DNA of 39,695 bases. It comes from Octopus bimaculoides (Eukaryota). Position numbers and translations under genes: made by a program. The notes beneath the pieces were generated by a model. The model saw only the letters and a program-made list of their open reading frames with translations. It ran no database searches and was not told the origin of the DNA. The stretch spans positions 1,038,972-1,078,666 of the forward strand of contig NC_069007.1 of assembly GCF_001194135.2 (NCBI RefSeq), read 5' to 3'. Of the stretch, positions 36,688-39,695 are shown piece by piece (positions within the stretch are counted from its first letter, which is position 1; each line of letters begins with the position of its first letter).

Positions 36688-37262
36688 GTATAGCCATTTA
36701 CATAACCAGTCAAAAGCAAATTTAGACATACAAAGGCTATATCATTCAATTTATAGTTTATGCCTGTTCCATACCGTATTTTCTTTTAGAAAGTGTCAGG
36801 TAGTTGTGTCAGGTTGTTGTATCAGGTAGTTTTGACATGCGCATTGAAAGAGTGAACAGATGACATAAAATGAGAAAACTGCGAGTTCACACTATTTCTG
36901 CCCTCATTAATCAAAAAAAAAAAAATGATTCTTTGACGAGGAATTGTTTCAATTTTTATTGAATGTCAGAGAGAATCCCTTCGCAACGAATACATTATCT
37001 TTTCAACAGATTAAATTTATTGGTTTTTTGTTGGTTTTATGCCTTTGTCCTCCCATATTTATTTTTATAGTGAGTTTGGATTGACATTTATTCTTCCACC
37101 ATATGTTGATTCAAAATTGATTCAGCCTTTACACTCAAAGACAAAATGATTATGTTAAGTTTAATAAAACTGCAGTTTATGGATTTAAATGTCTATTTCT
37201 CTATATCGCATTCAGTAGCGAATAAATAAATAAATATATATATATATATCTTTAATAGAATG

Positions 37263-37452
37263 TGTGACAATTATTCGGTTGCCATAATAAAACTCCGAGT
37301 TTTCGGATGTGGGGGCGGAAATCTACTCCGGCATTTCGTCAGTTATCAAGGCAAACAAAACATGCCTTGGTAGCTGACGAGATGCCGGAGCAGATTTCCG
37401 CCCTGACATCCGAAACTCGGAGTTTTATTTTGGCAACCGAATAATTGTTACA
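37263..37452. mobile_element. 190-bp foldback (fully palindromic) MITE, probable TA target site (Tc1/mariner-type)
   Basis: Arms of ~90 bp: TGTGACAATTATTCGGTTGCCATAATAAAACTCCGAG...TCGTCAGTTATCAAGGCA, loop AACAAAACA, then TGCCTTGGTAGCTGACGA...CTCGGAGTTTTATTTTGGCAACCGAATAATTGTTACA. TA on the right and TG (likely mutated TA) on the left. Confidence 0.9.
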
Positions 37453-37861
37453 TATTATGTTACAGATAAATTCCTCTATTTACATAATATCGAGGTCTCA
37501 TACCATTGCTACTAATATATATATAAACTTTATTATTTCCAAATCTCTCAGCGAGAGAAATTCCGACAGGGACTGCAGCATTATGTTGGCAAACATTTTT
37601 ACAAGTGATGCTACAGACTAGGACCCAGCCTAAATAGTGACGAGGCAAACTTTCTATCCACGCTGCCTTGGGTAATGTTTGTTTTGAAACCCGTAGCTCG
37701 GCTGTGTAGCAACCATACTTCATTCACTGCGGTTGTGCGTTCAATCCTACCCATGTAAAAGTATAATACGTACATAAGGAAATAATAATGAGACATTTTC
37801 AAAATTGCCTAGGACCTTTCAACATAGACACACGGAAGCAGAACAATATGAATGAAAAACA

Positions 37862-38125
37862 ATAAAGTGGCGAGCATGCAAAATCGTTTGCAGGCCGGAC
37901 AAAAGGCTTAGCACCACTTTGTCCATCTTTACGTTCTGAGTACAAATATTGCTAAGGTGGACCTAGCCATTCATCATTATGGAATATATAATATAAGTAC
38001 CAATTGAACTCTAGGGGTTGATGCAATCAAATTCCACGTCCATCGAAATTGTGGATCTCGTGCCAAAATTTGAAATAAATATTCTTTTTCTACTCTAGGC
38101 ACAAGGCCCGGAATTTAAACTCAGA
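37862..38125 (+). mobile_element. SINE family A (decayed, +) joined tail-to-tail to a short inverted family A 3' end
   Basis: AAAGTGGCGAGC..AAAATCGTT..TTTACGTTCTGAGTACAAAT..AAGTACCAA..GTGCCAAAATTTGAAAT, then ATTCTTTTTCTACTCTAGGCACAAGGCCC, which is the reverse complement of the family tail. Confidence 0.7.
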
Positions 38126-38560
38126 TGGTAAAGTTCTACAAAATTTAGTGAATATTAATTCGTTATACAGACACATTGCCACTTCTTTCGAGAGGAGGGT
38201 GGAATCTTCATTATAAACAGATATGGCTGGGAAAACCTTTGTTGAATTCCCAAGATTAATATGAAAATCTCACCACCTCCTTCAACACTTATTATTATTC
38301 TATTTCCGACCCTTTTTTATTAATAACTGTTTCTCATTTTAATTTTATTTTCGCAATATTTCTTTCATTTCTCCTGATTGTTTTCTCTCCATCACTCCGC
38401 TGTCTCTCTCTCTGTTTTCCATTGACCTTTTCACTATTCTCCCTTTCCTACAAACTCCTCTCCTCTTTGTGCAAAGGTGTACACGCACACACACACATAT
38501 ATGATGGAATAATTACTATGAAGAATTGAGTAGAGTATATTGTATAAAGGATCGTGGGTA

Positions 38561-38693
38561 GGGCCAAAACAATGCAAATTAAGTGCAAGGTAAATCACAA
38601 GAAAGCAAATATATGAATTAATGTAGACTTACCTTGTATTCAATATTTGTTTTCTTGTGATTTACTTTGCATTTACTTCGCATTGTTCGGCCT
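38561..38693. mobile_element. 133-bp foldback MITE flanked by TA
   Basis: Left arm GGGCCAAAACAATGCAAATTAAGTGCAAGGTAAATCACAAGAAAGCAAATATATGAAT vs reverse complement of the right arm AGGCCGAACAATGCGAAGTAAATGCAAAGTAAATCACAAGAAAACAAATATTGAAT. 19-nt loop; TA at 38559-60 and 38694-95. Confidence 0.8.
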
Positions 38694-38710
38694 TACCAAA
38701 GACCCATTAT

Positions 38711-38760
<50 letters not shown>

Positions 38761-39622
38761 TGTATTAGTGGTGCAGTGGCAGAATGCTCGTTTCAATTCC
38801 CAGCCGATGAACAGTACTAAAATCATCGGAGTGGTGCCCCGGCATGGCCGCAGTCAAATGACTGATACAAGCAAAATGTAAAAGCTAGCATAAGTATTTA
38901 TGTATGTGTGTATATGTTTCTGTGTATATGTGTACATATATTTTTTTTTATCAGTAAAAATCTTCGAATCACAACAAGCCTTTACACGTAACGCAATGAA
39001 ACTATTTAAAATTGCAATTATAACCTGATAAATAGTATTATCATTATTAGAGTTTTCTCCGGTAAGTATATAATCTGCAAAGTCTTTTGTAAAATTAACG
39101 TATTTTGACAACATAATAAACCAGATGAAAACCTAATTAAGCGATTCTAATAGTACAGTTTATCTGTAGAAGAATTGGAAGAAAGCAGTTGAAATGAATA
39201 ATAGTAATAAAGAAAAAAAAAAAAAATAAACAGATATTAACATAAAATCTGCTGAGTGGAAACCTGTCGGAAATAAAAAAAAAAACTTCCATTTAAAATA
39301 TATAATACAATATAATAAAAGAATTAAATGGAAATTAAGAAAAGCAATAATAAAAACCGATAAACACACACACCCACATGTCCACACACACATATATAGA
39401 AATATATATACAGTCAGGTATACAGAATATATTAACTGCAATGCATGTTGATACAATACAAGATTGAAATATAATCAACACAGAAAAAACATACACAAAG
39501 ACGCAATAAAAAACATACATGCCCATACACGTATACTGATATAAATACATACTTACTGAGATAGACAGATAGACGACTAGATAAACACACACACACACAC
39601 ACGCACACACATATATATATAT

Positions 39623-39695
<73 letters not shown>

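Larger units (their letters stand above)
1..39695. repeat. dense microsatellite landscape: (TA)n, (CA/TG)n, (GA/TC)n, (TAA)n, (TGA)n, (GTT)n, (AGT)n, (AATA)n
   Basis: Examples: (TA)n 1-42, (GT)n 5235-5296, (TAA)n(TGA)n 8615-8690, (GT)n 11848-11915, (GTT)n 25512-25546, (AGT)n 26880-26912, (AATA)n 36365-36415. Most N gaps abut such tracts. Confidence 0.98.

Noticed and set aside
1070-39674. Most ORFs in the six-frame track ([20 protein letters not shown], poly-X)
   Set aside because: They are translations of dinucleotide microsatellites or N gaps, with no evidence of coding function.
1-39695. CRISPR arrays, rRNA, operons or prokaryotic/viral genes
   Set aside because: None seen; no regularly spaced repeat-spacer structure, and the sequence is eukaryotic repeat-rich DNA.

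Overview
AT-rich, microsatellite-saturated eukaryotic DNA with 13 assembly gaps (~2.9 kb of N). The repeat families look like those I recall from Octopus/coleoid cephalopod genomes (inference from recognition, no database search). No host protein-coding gene could be assembled. Almost all ORFs in the supplied track are translations of simple repeats, N-gaps or antisense shadows, so the window is probably intergenic or part of a very long intron. Supported content: many tRNA-derived SINE copies from several families, including a 5-copy head-to-tail array; a decayed R4/Dong-like RLE non-LTR retrotransposon plus a second 3' fragment; a Penelope-like GIY-YIG endonuclease fragment; a decayed gag-like segment; a hAT-type MITE with an 8-bp TSD; two TA-flanked foldback MITEs; and two ~120-bp tandem duplications. 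The most interesting signal is a set of five minimal type-I hammerhead-ribozyme-like motifs. Their helix I sequences differ but all still pair, and several have a palindromic (ACGT-type) helix III. They sit in short non-coding elements, three of which share a downstream box. Each copy has at least one core substitution, so activity of these particular copies is doubtful.
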